Assembly (NCBI RefSeq): GCF_964355755.1 | Contig: NC_092680.1 | Coordinates: 16,067,045 to 16,131,044 of the forward strand | Reading direction: 5' to 3' | From: Antedon mediterranea | Taxonomy: Eukaryota > Animalia > Echinodermata | Length of the DNA stretch: 64,000 bases | Shown here: piece after piece, positions 1 through 12,300 of the stretch | Layout of the letters: each line of letters starts with the position of its first letter | Position numbering within the stretch: position 1 is the stretch's first letter | Translations under genes and position numbers: made by a program | Notes under the pieces: generated by a model | The model's input: the letters and a program-made list of their open reading frames with translations, nothing else | Databases searched by the model: none | What the model was told of the DNA's origin: nothing

Positions 1-43
1 ACAATAGAGAATGAATATCAGGTGTTAAGTCCATTATGATTAA

Positions 44-223
44 GGCCAATTTACATAAACAACCGGTAATAACAATATAGGATCTACGTTATTCATTATG
101 ACCATTTACACGAAAAGCTGAGCAGACGGACGGTTTGCCGCTGAGAATAGATACTGAATCTACATGGGACAAGCTAAACAGTTTTCTGCTTACCGTTACC
201 GCTCGTCTGTGTAAATTGGCCTT
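44..223. mobile_element. Small MITE (Tourist/Harbinger-like)
   Basis: Terminal inverted repeat AGGCCAATTTACA...TGTAAATTGGCCT with TTA on both flanks. Confidence 0.55.
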
Positions 224-837
224 TAGAATGTTGTCAACTAAAATGTGTTGTATAAGAACAGCTTATTATATATAGCACATAGTTTTTCACTTTATTTGTA
301 TACCTTATATAGGCATCAATGCTCAATTGCAGGGAATAATTTCGCCAGTGTAGCATAGCAAAAAGCTATACAAAAAAACCTTTTTGCTACACATTTCTAC
401 AATTGTGTAGCAAAAAATACAATACAAAACTATGTTTCTTAACTAAAAAATCATTTTGATTAGCAATTTTGCTAAACAAAATTTTCAAATGAAATTTTTC
501 CCCGAATTGTATACTTTTTATAGTTATTGTACGGTCGAGAAAATATAATGCTTTGTTAAAGATTGAAGCGTTGAATCATGGCTTCCCACTCATTATTACA
601 ATTTTGTTTTATGCCATGTTATTTAAACATAATCAGTGTATCTAATGCTATTAATAGGCCTATCTAAAAATACTATATACTATTGTAATAAGACTTTGTT
701 TATGTTAAGCATCTTGTGAATGTTTGTCTTGTGAACAGGATTGCCACCTTAAGAAGGATAGTTAATGAATTCGCTAATGGTTATCCAATTTGTCTAAATG
801 TATAATAACAAAAAAAATATATAAAAAAATGATTTAC

Positions 838-3709
838 CTGTTTTTTTAGATATAATTTCATGTCTCCCCATTTGGAATTGTGAGGATTTTTTCTAAGAAT
901 GTACTTTAGTATTGGTTCCCGTTTATCTAAGTCTACATCCTTTAATAGGTAGTGGTTCCTTGCATCTGTCTTTGTAATCAGTTCATGCCGATCATCTTTA
1001 TTTCTGTAGGGAGAAAAATTAGTAAAGTTTAAGGTTGTTTGAACTGACAATAAATATTGGTACTACAGTAGAGTTAGGTCATTTGAGCATATTGAGGGAA
1101 CACCTCTATTAAGGGGGCACTTTTCTGTTAAACGAAAAAGAGACAAGTAACCCCTTATTAAGGGGAAACCCCTATTAAATGGACACGTTGTTGGGTCCCC
1201 TTAACCCTTTCACTGCACAAATGTTCTAAAACAAAATGTTCATTTTGACATCAATTCAGATACAATCAAATTTCATTTGGTAAAAAAGTAATAAGAAATA
1301 TTGCAACTCTTTAAATTAAAGATTAATAATGTTGATACCGTATGATAACAAGATCATATATTTTTATTCTTTCAACATTCTAATACAGTCTATCTAGAAA
1401 AGACGTCATCATGCTGCCTTGAAAAAAGGCCCTCTCTTTTCAAAGAGAGGGGCCTTGACATGGACTTCTTTTCGAGGTTTTAAGATACTTAAATTAAAAA
1501 TTCCAACAAACCTGCAATCATCACAAATATGTTGATCAAAATGTTTTACAAGGTAAGAATCACGGAAGCCTTGTTGACAGTCTATACAGGAATAAGGATC
1601 AGACGTTAAATCAGGTGCTGTCAAGAAAACATACAGGAAACTTTTGGTTAATGAAATTTGTTTATTGCCAACATCTGTCACAAACTAGAATGTCAATAGT
1701 TTTATTTCACCGGAATTATGGATGAAACTAAGCGAGAATTGTTAAAGCACCTTCAGTGGTTCTATCATTGATCAAGGGCTACTCTCATCAAGGGCTCACC
1801 TTGACAAGAGGAAAGGCATGGGCCAATACATCTGAGGCCAATACATCTGAGGCAGATACTAGATGCAGGGGCTGCCATAAGAGTCACCAGTGCTGATATC
1901 AAATGCATAATGGGACCCCAGCTCCATACAGCACCCAATATTCCCAGATGATCTCCCATCCAAGCTCTAACAAGGCCTTGTTACTTAACTTGCTGATCTG
2001 ACAGGTGTTTCAATGTGGTAAGCCATAAAAGAAATACTGTGATATTATAAAGATGTTTAGGCCATCCAAAACATAGTATTAATATTGTAATAATATGGAA
2101 AAAATTGTTTCCTTGTTTAAATAGATATAATTTTTTAGAAAAATGAGAAAAGAAAAATACATAAAAATGAAAAACAAACCAACATTTCTAAATACTGCAA
2201 CAATTATAAAATAAACAAACAATTTTCATTTTTATTTTCTTAATTGAACACAATGTGTAAGTGTGTATGCGCAAGCCATCACTTACGGCCAAATTACTTG
2301 CGTTCTTGTACTACTTATTTGTATGGTTTACATATGACAAATTGACTCAGACAATTATACACTGCACTGTACTTAATAATAACATGATTTTCTATAAGTT
2401 AGCTCTTCTTATAAACAATATATAAAAAACACTCATTCCAGCTCAGCTGAACACTAAATGCCTGCAGCATTTTTTGAAAGCTTTTATTTCCAGATCGTTC
2501 ATTCGATGGAAAATCCAAACTATTGCTTGTGATTGGTCAACTCGCTTACGTTAGGCATACCGTACACTCTCACATTGTGTTCAATCGTGAACCAAGCTTA
2601 AGTAGGTAATACTATAAATATCACAAAATTCTAGTTATTATTAAACATATTATTACCTGGTTCATGAACAATTTTAATAGGGGCTTTTTCGATTTCTTCA
2701 TCCAGATCTTCTTCCAAAAGAAATCCAGCCCCTGTATCAATGAAACGTTTGCCTTGTACCACACTTTTCTCTCCTGCTGGTACAGCAGCACTGATCCTGT
2801 AAACAAAAAGATATTAAATAATCATGTTAGTATCTTAGATGACTAAAATAACTGAAATCTATGGGGCGCCATATGCAGCAAAAGTATCATGCTAAAATGT
2901 GTAAATTTTAAAATACTATACATGTCTAATTTCTTAAAACGTAAAACGCATAATTGTTAAAATTTAAGTGTAGGCTGACAATACATATGAAAATGTGATG
3001 CATGATTGCTTAGATCTGTATTTTAACAACAATTTAGACTGTAAGTTTGAGGGATATCTATATTTTAAAGGAGGATGAGGATGTGATTGTAATATCCGAG
3101 TCCTCTTGGACATTTCTATTTGAGGGACGCCCCATAAAAGATGACTAACGTAACAGTATTGGCCTAAACCTTAGATTAAGGGCCTTCCACACCTGTTCCG
3201 GCACAGTTTCTGATCAGCGCTGGGAAATCAAACCAAAAACGGCTATGCTTCTATTGATTGGCACATAGCCGCATGGAGCATCCCGTTGATTTGATTTACC
3301 GGAACAGGTGTAAAAAACCTTAAAGTCCAGGATTATCTTGAAAACTTGAACAATTGAAATGGTGGCCTGAGGTAAGTTTTTTTTGACAACTTTAAAAAAG
3401 ACTATGAATATTCATTTGGTATCAAATTATTAAAATGCAATGTATGTATAATTAATATAAAATTAATACAGTGATTTAAAAACAAGAAAAAGAATTAATA
3501 GATCTAGGCCTAGTTAGTAGATTAATTATGATGATTTACGTTTTTTCAGCTTTTTCTTTTGGATATGGTCTTGCTTTCAATCTAGCATTACGTAACATCA
3601 ATGCACGCTGTCTATTTCTCTCAATCTTAGCTCTTTGCTTATCTGATAGTTGATTTGTCTCAATTGTATCGTGAGCGACACCAACTGAATTTTCTTCAAT
3701 TGACGCCAT
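838..3709 (-). CDS. XPA: DNA repair protein XPA, 5' portion. Coding exons 3709-3540, 2796-2657, 1617-1512, 1003-838; remaining exons lie left of the window
   Basis: GT-AG exons splice in frame: MASIEE...[20 protein letters not shown] / ...[11 protein letters not shown] (ERCC1-binding region) / C4 zinc finger CIDC-x17-CDDC / [51 protein letters not shown] polypyrimidine-AG acceptor 13 nt upstream of the ATG implies a non-coding first exon (candidate donor at about 6710). Confidence 0.96.
1745..2028 (-). mobile_element. Degenerate 5S rRNA-derived sequence (5S pseudogene or SINE3-type element) in an XPA intron
   Basis: Minus strand 2028-1925 reads TATGGCTTACCACATTGAAACACC..GATCAGCAAGTTAAG..GTTAGAGCTTGGATGGGAGATCATCTGGGAATATTGGGTGCTGTA, collinear with eukaryotic 5S rRNA but with deletions. 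About 180 bp of GC-richer body follows. Confidence 0.7.
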
Positions 3710-4052
3710 ATTTCTAGATAAGCTGGAAAGAAAAGATGGAAATGAATGTTACAATCTTGATATTCAACGATGAGTCAATTGCCCTTTTACAAACTTCTCC
3801 AGGAACTTGTCTTCATTAATCGTGACTAGATTGGCCTAGGCTTAGCCATAGATACAGGTCAACCCGTAATACCCATCCATCATGCCAACTCGTACCCAAA
3901 TATTGGCTTACACTCGTACCCACAATTTTGGCTTACTCGTCGTACCCATCATATGGATGAGCTGGCCCGTACCCATATTTTTAAAAAGTATATTTACATT
4001 ACATTTAAAACCAGCTAGGAGGCCTATTACTACTACTAGGGCCGGGCCTACC

Positions 4053-6559
4053 GGTATCGGATCATCTCGGTCGCGTTTCATTTCGGTCGCGCTTCCGGTA
4101 AATCGAACTTCCGGTGATTTCTATGGAACACCGCTCAATGCAGTACTGTACACTGTAAGCTCTAAGATCGAAGTGTAGTTCTATTATTTTTTAGGTGTTT
4201 ATTTAAAAATGATTTTATATAATAATCATTATATTTAAATAAATATTGTAAAAACAGTATGTTATTAATATTAGTTTAACGTTTTTTTAAATGTTTTTAT
4301 AAGCATTATATTTTGATATATTTTGTAAATATTCTATTTGTTTCTGACGGGAAAAATAACATACAAACACACTTTACACTTTTGTCAATGATCATTCAAT
4401 CTTTTTATTTTTAAAACAAAAACATATACACAAATTTACATATATTTAAAAACAAAACATAGATACGTTAATGTAATGCAAAACAAACTCGTTTCACACT
4501 GTTTTTCAATTCAATCCTTTTATTTTTTAAACAAAAACGCATATACAAATGTTTACATTCATCATTCAAATTGAAACCTTTTTATTTACATCTACAAACG
4601 ATATTTTATTTATCTAGGTATTTAATATTTTATTTATTAGCAATATTTACATCTATCTCATCTACAAATCGCAAACATCATTTGATATAACGCGCAATCC
4701 AGCGTAAGGAGCGATCTCTCTGATCGTTGGCCTGCGCGATACTCGTCCCAGAGGCGTAAGAGCGTTCTAGTTGCACGTCGTCGGTAAGCTTGTCGCTGAA
4801 GCCGGTCAACATCTTCGCGATGAACTAATTCCATTGTGATGTGAACATTCTGACTCTCTTCATGCAGCAGCCCGATTAAGAGGTAGAGTTGAAGTTTTGC
4901 TGAAATAACAAAAATAACGATATACTATAATTATCATGAGCAATTAACAACATAATACATAATATTATAATTGAAAAGTAATTTTCTTACCACGTCGTCC
5001 TTTTCGATTCAGTCTGTTGTGATACGGGTGTCTCGAAAACAGAGACCAGAGACCCAGGGTCTCTGTTTTCGAGAAAATCTCGAAAACAGAGACCCCCACT
5101 AAAACGTCTCAATATTACGTAATATAGGGGTCTCTGTTTTCGAGATTTTCTCGAAAACAGAGACCCCCACTAAAACGTCTAAATAATACGTTATATAGGG
5201 GGTCTCTATTTTCGAGAAAAACTCGAAAACAGAGACCCCCTATATAACGTATTATTTAGACGTTTTAGTGGGGGTGGAGTCCCCACTAAAACGTCTCAAG
5301 AATGACGTATCAGTAATAAACGGTAACTGATATGCCGATCAAAGAACATGCCGCAACGATAAGAAGAGATTTACGAATTCTTGAACGCGTGTAAAAAGAC
5401 TGTCATTTTGGAATACAAGGTCGACGTCCTAGAAGTAAGATGTATAAATGCATGCTGTGCCTTTTAGAAGCTAAAAAGCGGGAGATTATTTAAAAAGCTG
5501 ACACTAGTTTCGTAACATTTATTTACAAGCATAAAAGATAATAACGTACAATGCAATAACAAAATGGTATGAGGTCAGACTTTGAGGCAGACTGGAGGAT
5601 AAAGACAAATATATTGTGTTGGGCGAGCCTTAAAAAAGAAATGAATAAAAAAAAATAAAAAAATTGATAAATAAACAAACATAAATTCACGGTTTTTGCG
5701 ATAAAAGTTGGGTGTTAATAATTTATGACCAAGCTTGGTGGGTATTTGCAACACTCTTAATAAACAGGGATTATATTAGGGGGTCTATAATGAGACGTTT
5801 TAGTGGGGGTCTCTGTTTTCGAGTTTTTCTCGAAAACAGAGACCCCCTATATAACGTAATATTGCCATTGAGACGTTTTAGTGGGGTCTCTGTTTTCAAG
5901 AAAAACTCGAAAACAGAGACCCCCTATATTACGTAATATTGAGACGTTTTAGTGGGGGTCTCTGTTTTCGAGATTTTCTCGAAAACAGAGACCCTTGGTC
6001 TCGGGTTTCTGTTTTCGAGGTCTCTGTTTTCGAGACACCTGTTGTGATACCCCTCAAGGTCGGTGTTGGTCCTCGTTGTCAACAGACAATATGGTTTCAT
6101 TCTATTCAACAGCACGAGACATAATGCGAAACATCAATGCATTATGCTTTTAAAAAATGTTACATTACATACATAATCGTAATAATATCTTTCAATCAGT
6201 GCAATATAGTGTATACAAAAGCTCAGTAAAGTCTCTCACTGATTTTAACTGGCACCAAACAAATATTCCCAATTTACTCATTCATAATTATTAACATATT
6301 GGAGTCGTCTTCGTAAGCTACTTGTTGTGTCCTTAAAATATAGATAAAAATCGTTACAAATGCAAACAGGTTTATAAATTCGAACTGCTACACGTACCGA
6401 GTGCTGAAAGAGAGTTAAATCTCAATCCTATAATAGCATCCATTTTCGTATGCTTTATTATTATTTATTGACGCGCCATACACCACGATCGATATTGTTG
6501 AAAATTGACCTTAATTGACACGCGACCGAAATGAAACGCGACCGAGATGATCGTAATTC
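4053..6559 (-). mobile_element. Mutator-like (MULE) DNA transposon relic, in the probable first intron of XPA
   Basis: 32-bp TIR core GATCATCTCGGTCGCGTTTCATTTCGGTCGCG (4060-4091 / 6521-6552) and 8-bp direct repeat GGCCTACC (4045-4052, 6560-6567). Minus-strand transposase C-terminus remnant RTNTDLEGYHNRLNRKGRR | intron 4990-4900 | KLQLYLLIGLLHEESQ...LWDEYRAGQRS. Confidence 0.8.
5025..6041. mobile_element. Non-autonomous TIR element with (CGAAAACAGAGACCC)n subterminal repeats, nested in the MULE relic
   Basis: Ends CGGGTGTCTCGAAAACAGAGACC / GGTCTCTGTTTTCGAGACACCTG. Flanking direct repeat TTGTGATA (up to TGTTGTGATAC). Removing it restores the EGYHNRLN reading frame. Confidence 0.88.
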
Positions 6560-7620
6560 GGCCTACCTAGGCCTAGCCTAGTTAGTAGGCCTCTAGGCCT
6601 AGGCTAGGCCCCTTGCCTTAGGCCCCGGCCGGCCGGCTGAAAGGAGTGATCATGGCAAAAACGTTGCCGTGTTGTTAAATAAGCAATCCTAAAACCTAAA
6701 TAAAACTTACTGACAATGTGGTATTAGATCCCCTTTATTCGCAGTTTTGATCAGTTTCCCCGAAGGGATGATGCCTAGCCTAGTCAAGAACCTCTACTAG
6801 AGGACTAGGCCTAGGCTATAAGGTTTCTATCTATATCTATTATTAATATAGGCTATGAGTTTATTTTATATGGGACGCCGACAACGCCTTTTAGATACAA
6901 GAATAGATTTGGCTAAGAGTTGCCTCATGCTAGGCTGAATAATCTTCATGAATAATAAACAGCTCATTGCGTAACTATATCAGAGATTTTATTATGGTCA
7001 AGTTTCGTACAGTGACACTATTTCACAAAAATGATATCCATAAGGTGTGATAATTATTATAAATTTCAATATATGTGCAATATTTGTATACAGTATGATA
7101 ATAGTTGTTATGCGCTGACTGATAAATAGATCTATAGTTATAGTATATTGTATTATATAACAATGAATTATTGTAAATCAAAATATAATGTATATGCTTA
7201 CATTAATGAATGAATAAAGATGAAAGAGACCCATCTGGCGACGAGGGTGTATCCCATACTTCGGTTTGGTTTTAACTTTGTAATGTACATTAATTGTTAT
7301 TTAATCATATAATTGATGTGAATCTTGAAGACAATATTAAAGTATGTTCAGAATGTATTTATCAATATAACACTAGGCCTATTACATTTCATCACAGTAT
7401 TTAAATAAACCACAATCATTCAAAATCATTTATCATTATTATAACGAATCTCAATTTGTAATACTGAATATAAACCCTGTATGTATGTAATCAACATAGT
7501 TTCTATAATTTATTAACCTACTGACCTCAGACTGTGTAATATCATTTAAATATCCATTGCCTATCATTACGTGCAATAAAGTGGGCTCATCGCCACAAAA
7601 GAGAGAAAAAAAGACATACA

Positions 7621-8445
7621 TATGGAACGCCGTTTACGCAACATTTCGATGATATGAATTTTATGACGCGATATGTGAATGAAATGCATCGATATGAATT
7701 AAATGGTGCGATATATGAATGAAATGTTTTGAATTGAATGCTTTGAATTGAATATTTTGAATGAAATGTTTTGAATGAAATGTTTTGAATGAAATGTTTT
7801 GAATGAAATGTTTTGAATGAAATGTTTTAAATGAAATGTTTTGAATGAAATGTTTTGAATGAAATGTTTGAATTGAATTGAAAAGTCAAAGTATTGGTGG
7901 CGTATGTCATTCTCGCTCGCGATTATTTTCTCAACCTCTTAGGCCTAAGCCTGGGTACCCTCATCTCCTTTCTTCCACGCTGCCTAGCTTTACAGAGAAT
8001 CCTAACAGACCTGGGTTCGGAAATATGTATTCAAATGTTTCAGGTCTGTTAGGGAGTCTCTGTAAAGGATTCATATTGATGACAGCGTTGAAAGGAGATG
8101 TGAGGGTACCCATGCTTAGGCCTATTAAGAGGTTGAAAAAAAATTGCGAGCGGGAATGACATACGCCGCCAATAGCTTGACTTTTCAATTCAATTCAAAC
8201 ATTTCATTCAAAACATTTAATTCAAAACATTTCATTCAAAACATTTCATTCAAAACATTTTATTCAAAACATTCAATTCAAAACATTTCATTCAAAACAT
8301 TTCATTCAAAACATTCAATTCAAAGCATTCAATTCAAAACATTTCATTCATATATCACGCCATTCAATTCATATCGATGCATTTCATTCACATATCGCGT
8401 CATAAAATTCATATCATCGAAATGTTGCGTAAACGGCGTTCCATA
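7621..8445. mobile_element. 825-bp foldback non-autonomous DNA transposon, IS3EU-like
   Basis: Ends TATGGAACGCCGTTTACGCAAC...GTTGCGTAAACGGCGTTCCATA and 6-bp TSD CATACA (7615-7620, 8446-8451). Arms of about 340 bp contain 14-bp TTGAATGAAATGTT repeats. TAY termini with a 6-bp TSD fit IS3EU; the family call is inference. Confidence 0.8.
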
Positions 8446-8866
8446 CATACAGTGCAGACTTGGAAAACAAATTTGAAAATTGAATTCAAATCCTCTCGAT
8501 TTGAAAGCGATGAACCAAATTTAAATCAACATCACAGATCAGAGGTCGTGTTTCCGCAACCAAAACAAAACATATCGGTTGTTTAACCACTCGAAAATTA
8601 ATTTAAAACAAATTGTGCATGTTCAAACCGTAACACTAAGCGTCTAATCACAACAGAACAATTTGTTCTTCGGGTTAATGTTAAAAATTATCGCATTTAT
8701 CTGTTAATTCTCTAAGATTTTTTGAGTCCCTAAGTATGCCTACTGCAATGTTTACAATATTTACCACCACCAATATACTATTTTCACCTATAACCATAGT
8801 GCTAAAATAGAAACATCATCAGTACGTTATGCTTCTTTTCAAAATGAATTTTGGCTCCCTCATATT

Positions 8867-9313
8867 CTAAGGTGCCACTGGAATTATTTCAAGAAGTTCT
8901 TTCTTTGAAAATTGTCCGTCTTTATTGACATCATATAAGTCTTTCATCATCGCTGCGTAATCTTCAATTTGACTCATTGTAACGCCCTGAAAGCAGAAGA
9001 AATATTCAAATTCACATTTATTCATCAATAATTATAAGTATTTACATTGTTACATTGATCTTACAGAGACAAGTAAATGTCTGTAGTCGTAAGACTCTTT
9101 GGAAAAAAAAATTATCACAAAGAAATACATAAAATGAGATTTTTAAAATAAACACAACAGGCAAAGAACATGAATTTTAAACAGCCATGTGATATCTGAC
9201 ATTTAAATAATTAAATAATTCGAAACGATAAGATGAGGAAATCTATATAAATTTTCTCTTCGGAGATCCTGCTTCGTGGTTAAAATAAATGCCGTTTACG
9301 CAACATTTCGATG

Positions 9314-9344
<31 letters not shown>

Positions 9345-12300
9345 ATTCAATTTTCAGGTACAACAATACATGACAATACAGCGGTGCAGCACCCTGAGGA
9401 TTGCCATGAGTGCAAAGCACTATTATCGAGATGGCTCTCCATATACTGCACTAGAACATATAAGACAAACATATACACAAGATGCTCTACATAAACAAAG
9501 ACTTATTATTAAGTCTTTGGGAGTGGAGTTGTAAATTGTCATGAGAAAAAAACCCTGACATATGACAGGACTTGAACCCAGGACCCTTAGATTGGTAGCC
9601 AAGCATCATAACCACCAAGCCACAGCTTGGTCTCAGATCTGAATTTTCTAGACACGTGCACTATGTTCGCCGACCGTTCATTTTATTCCACTGCGACTAT
9701 CCATCCCATTCACCGTCTAGTTCCATTTACTAATTTGTTTAAACTTTTCAATAGGTTAGATTAAAAAAGCACCAGTTGAGTTTCTACTTACGTCGTATTG
9801 TTTATTCAATAGATCATATAGAAATCCTATAATTTCGTCACCATTTATGGTATCATCATTATTCTAAAAACAAAGAAAATTATTACAACCATGTTTATTT
9901 TCGTTTCTGTTCTACGCATGGAAAAAATGTCTAGGCCCATATGAACTTCAAAGACCGAAACATAAAGTAAGAATAAAGAAACACACATAGGCTATTTCGT
10001 TTCCTTGTGTAGATAGTTCGTCTTACGTTGTTGTCAATCCAGGGCAGTATAAATATGTTGTTAGTCTAGTTTGCCATTTTGTTTAAAATAGATTCACAGT
10101 TAATTATAATCTAGCATCTAGTATGTTTTACATTAACTTGTAGATTAACAACTTAATGCCTGCACTTACGTAATCATAATGTTTAAACATTGATTCGAAT
10201 TCAGTCAAGGTAACTCCTGAATTCTGAAAAAAAAATATTTTAGACATTTGTATAAGCGGTGATATTACATGAAGATCAGAGCGCTTTCTTTATGGATATA
10301 TTGATTTATTTATAAATCGGTATCTTTATTTCAATAATATCAACAACAACAAAAAAATCAAAAACAAAAACAAAAAACAGCATGATAATTATGCCATGGC
10401 AACAAATTAGTTGAATTTGGACACTTACTTACATTTGTTAAAATATAGGCAGAGAAGAAAAATATAAACCAGATAGGCCTATACTATGTTCAATAGACTC
10501 AGTCAGAGAAATGTTGTGGCCTAAGCTTTAAACACTCAAGCACACCTTGAGGAGTAGTCTTAATTGTTTGGTTTGTTTTCCATACTATGTGGCATTTGAC
10601 CACAAGTTATGAACACCACATAAATGGGAGGTGGTACCATATAATGACCTAGTCTTTCAGAGGACGGACGGACCCCTCACCCTACCTATATGATCCTCTA
10701 TTCCTAAACCCTCCTCCCAGCTGGCACCACCAATGTTGTAGTATATTGGTATGACAGTACATATGTAAATGATCTGATTTATAAGAAACCGTCGTCCTAT
10801 GCATTAAGCATAGGACTGTGTTGTCCTATATTATAACAATAGGGATATATCTAGATAAACCTATTTCACACTACCTGGATTTTTCTAGATTTTTAGTATG
10901 TTCATATAGGGACCTTATAAAAATGCACTGTGGTGAAATAAATTCTGTTCAGTGCAGATAGATTATTACATACCGCAATGAATTATAATTGTTTACTATC
11001 ATGACATCTTTAAAAGTTTAAAAAACGATGCACTGTCAAAGGACTTTAATATATGACCATTTTAAAGAAGAAAGTTAATGTTAAGTTTGTTATTTCGGCC
11101 CAAGAAAATGTCATAGTTTGTTTTATTATCGAAATAGTTTTTTTTTTAAATTTAATATGCAATTAATGATGACTTAATCAACTTTTTCATTCATACATAA
11201 TAATATGATACATACACTTCAAGAAAATGAAATGCAAAATAGAGGTTCCCGAGAATTCTGACGATCTATATTAATTTTAAAATTTGGCATATTTTCACCA
11301 TTTTGTTAACTTACACGTGTAGGCTAGGCAATCTATCATTTTGAGTAAAACAAATTGCAAACAGATATTTTTCTTTTTTAAATGGTCACATATGATGATC
11401 AAAATTTGAGCATCACACTTCTGTCACTCATCCCGATAATATGCAAATTAGCTTAAATATGCAAATTACAGTGTTACCATATCTAAAAAATTACCAGTCC
11501 GAGAGAGTTGATTTATATTTGCTGTAATACAACATTTTACGAAAAAAATTACCGGAAGTACAACGTTTGACCCTCGACACCTTTTCTCAATATTGCATAT
11601 AATGAAATTAAAATGTCTGTAGATACTTTGTTCTGCCCTCATATGGCTTAGATACAAGTTTCTCTAATAGTCATCATAGGATTGTTAAGTAAATCTCAAA
11701 ATCATCAAATAGACAAAATGTATGTAGGAATTCATATCTACAACAATTCAACAGCTTCCATAATAAATTGTAATCATGCGGGTCACTTTTCATTCCGAGG
11801 AGCTATGACGGATTGATATATACTACTGTATAGATGCAAGTCATGGTCTTCTTATTTTTTCATATGATGACGTAATACAATTTAAAATGTTTGTATTGTA
11901 ACTCATGTAAAAGAGAATTGATTGAGAAAACATATTAAAATCTAGGAGAAAACGGGAAACGCATTAGCGCTGTGTGCTCTATTTAATTGGATTAACTAGT
12001 ACAAAAGTGAAAAAAAAATCCTATTTTAAAAATTTGAGTGGCCATATGGTGAGAACATCCATTGGGTACAACTTTTACATCAATTGATACATAAAACTCA
12101 TCAGCTTGATGGGGTTAACCAGCCATCCTGAGGAGCTATAACTGATTAAAAATAGGTATATATAAATTTTGTATAAATTTGCATTAAATTACCTATTCTT
12201 TAGCACAAGATTATTAAAGTTTAACGTGCACGTGCGTCGTTAATTTGCAATTAAAGTTCACCAAAATGAATGAAATCTACTACAAAAGGAATGAAAAACA

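Noticed and set aside
5712-8586. Short ORFs such as ENRDP..., FKTFHSKH... and the mirrored MKSQ..GGVCHSRS pair
   Set aside because: Products of MITE repeats and palindromic arms; only the RTNTDLEGYHNR segment is a real (transposase) remnant.
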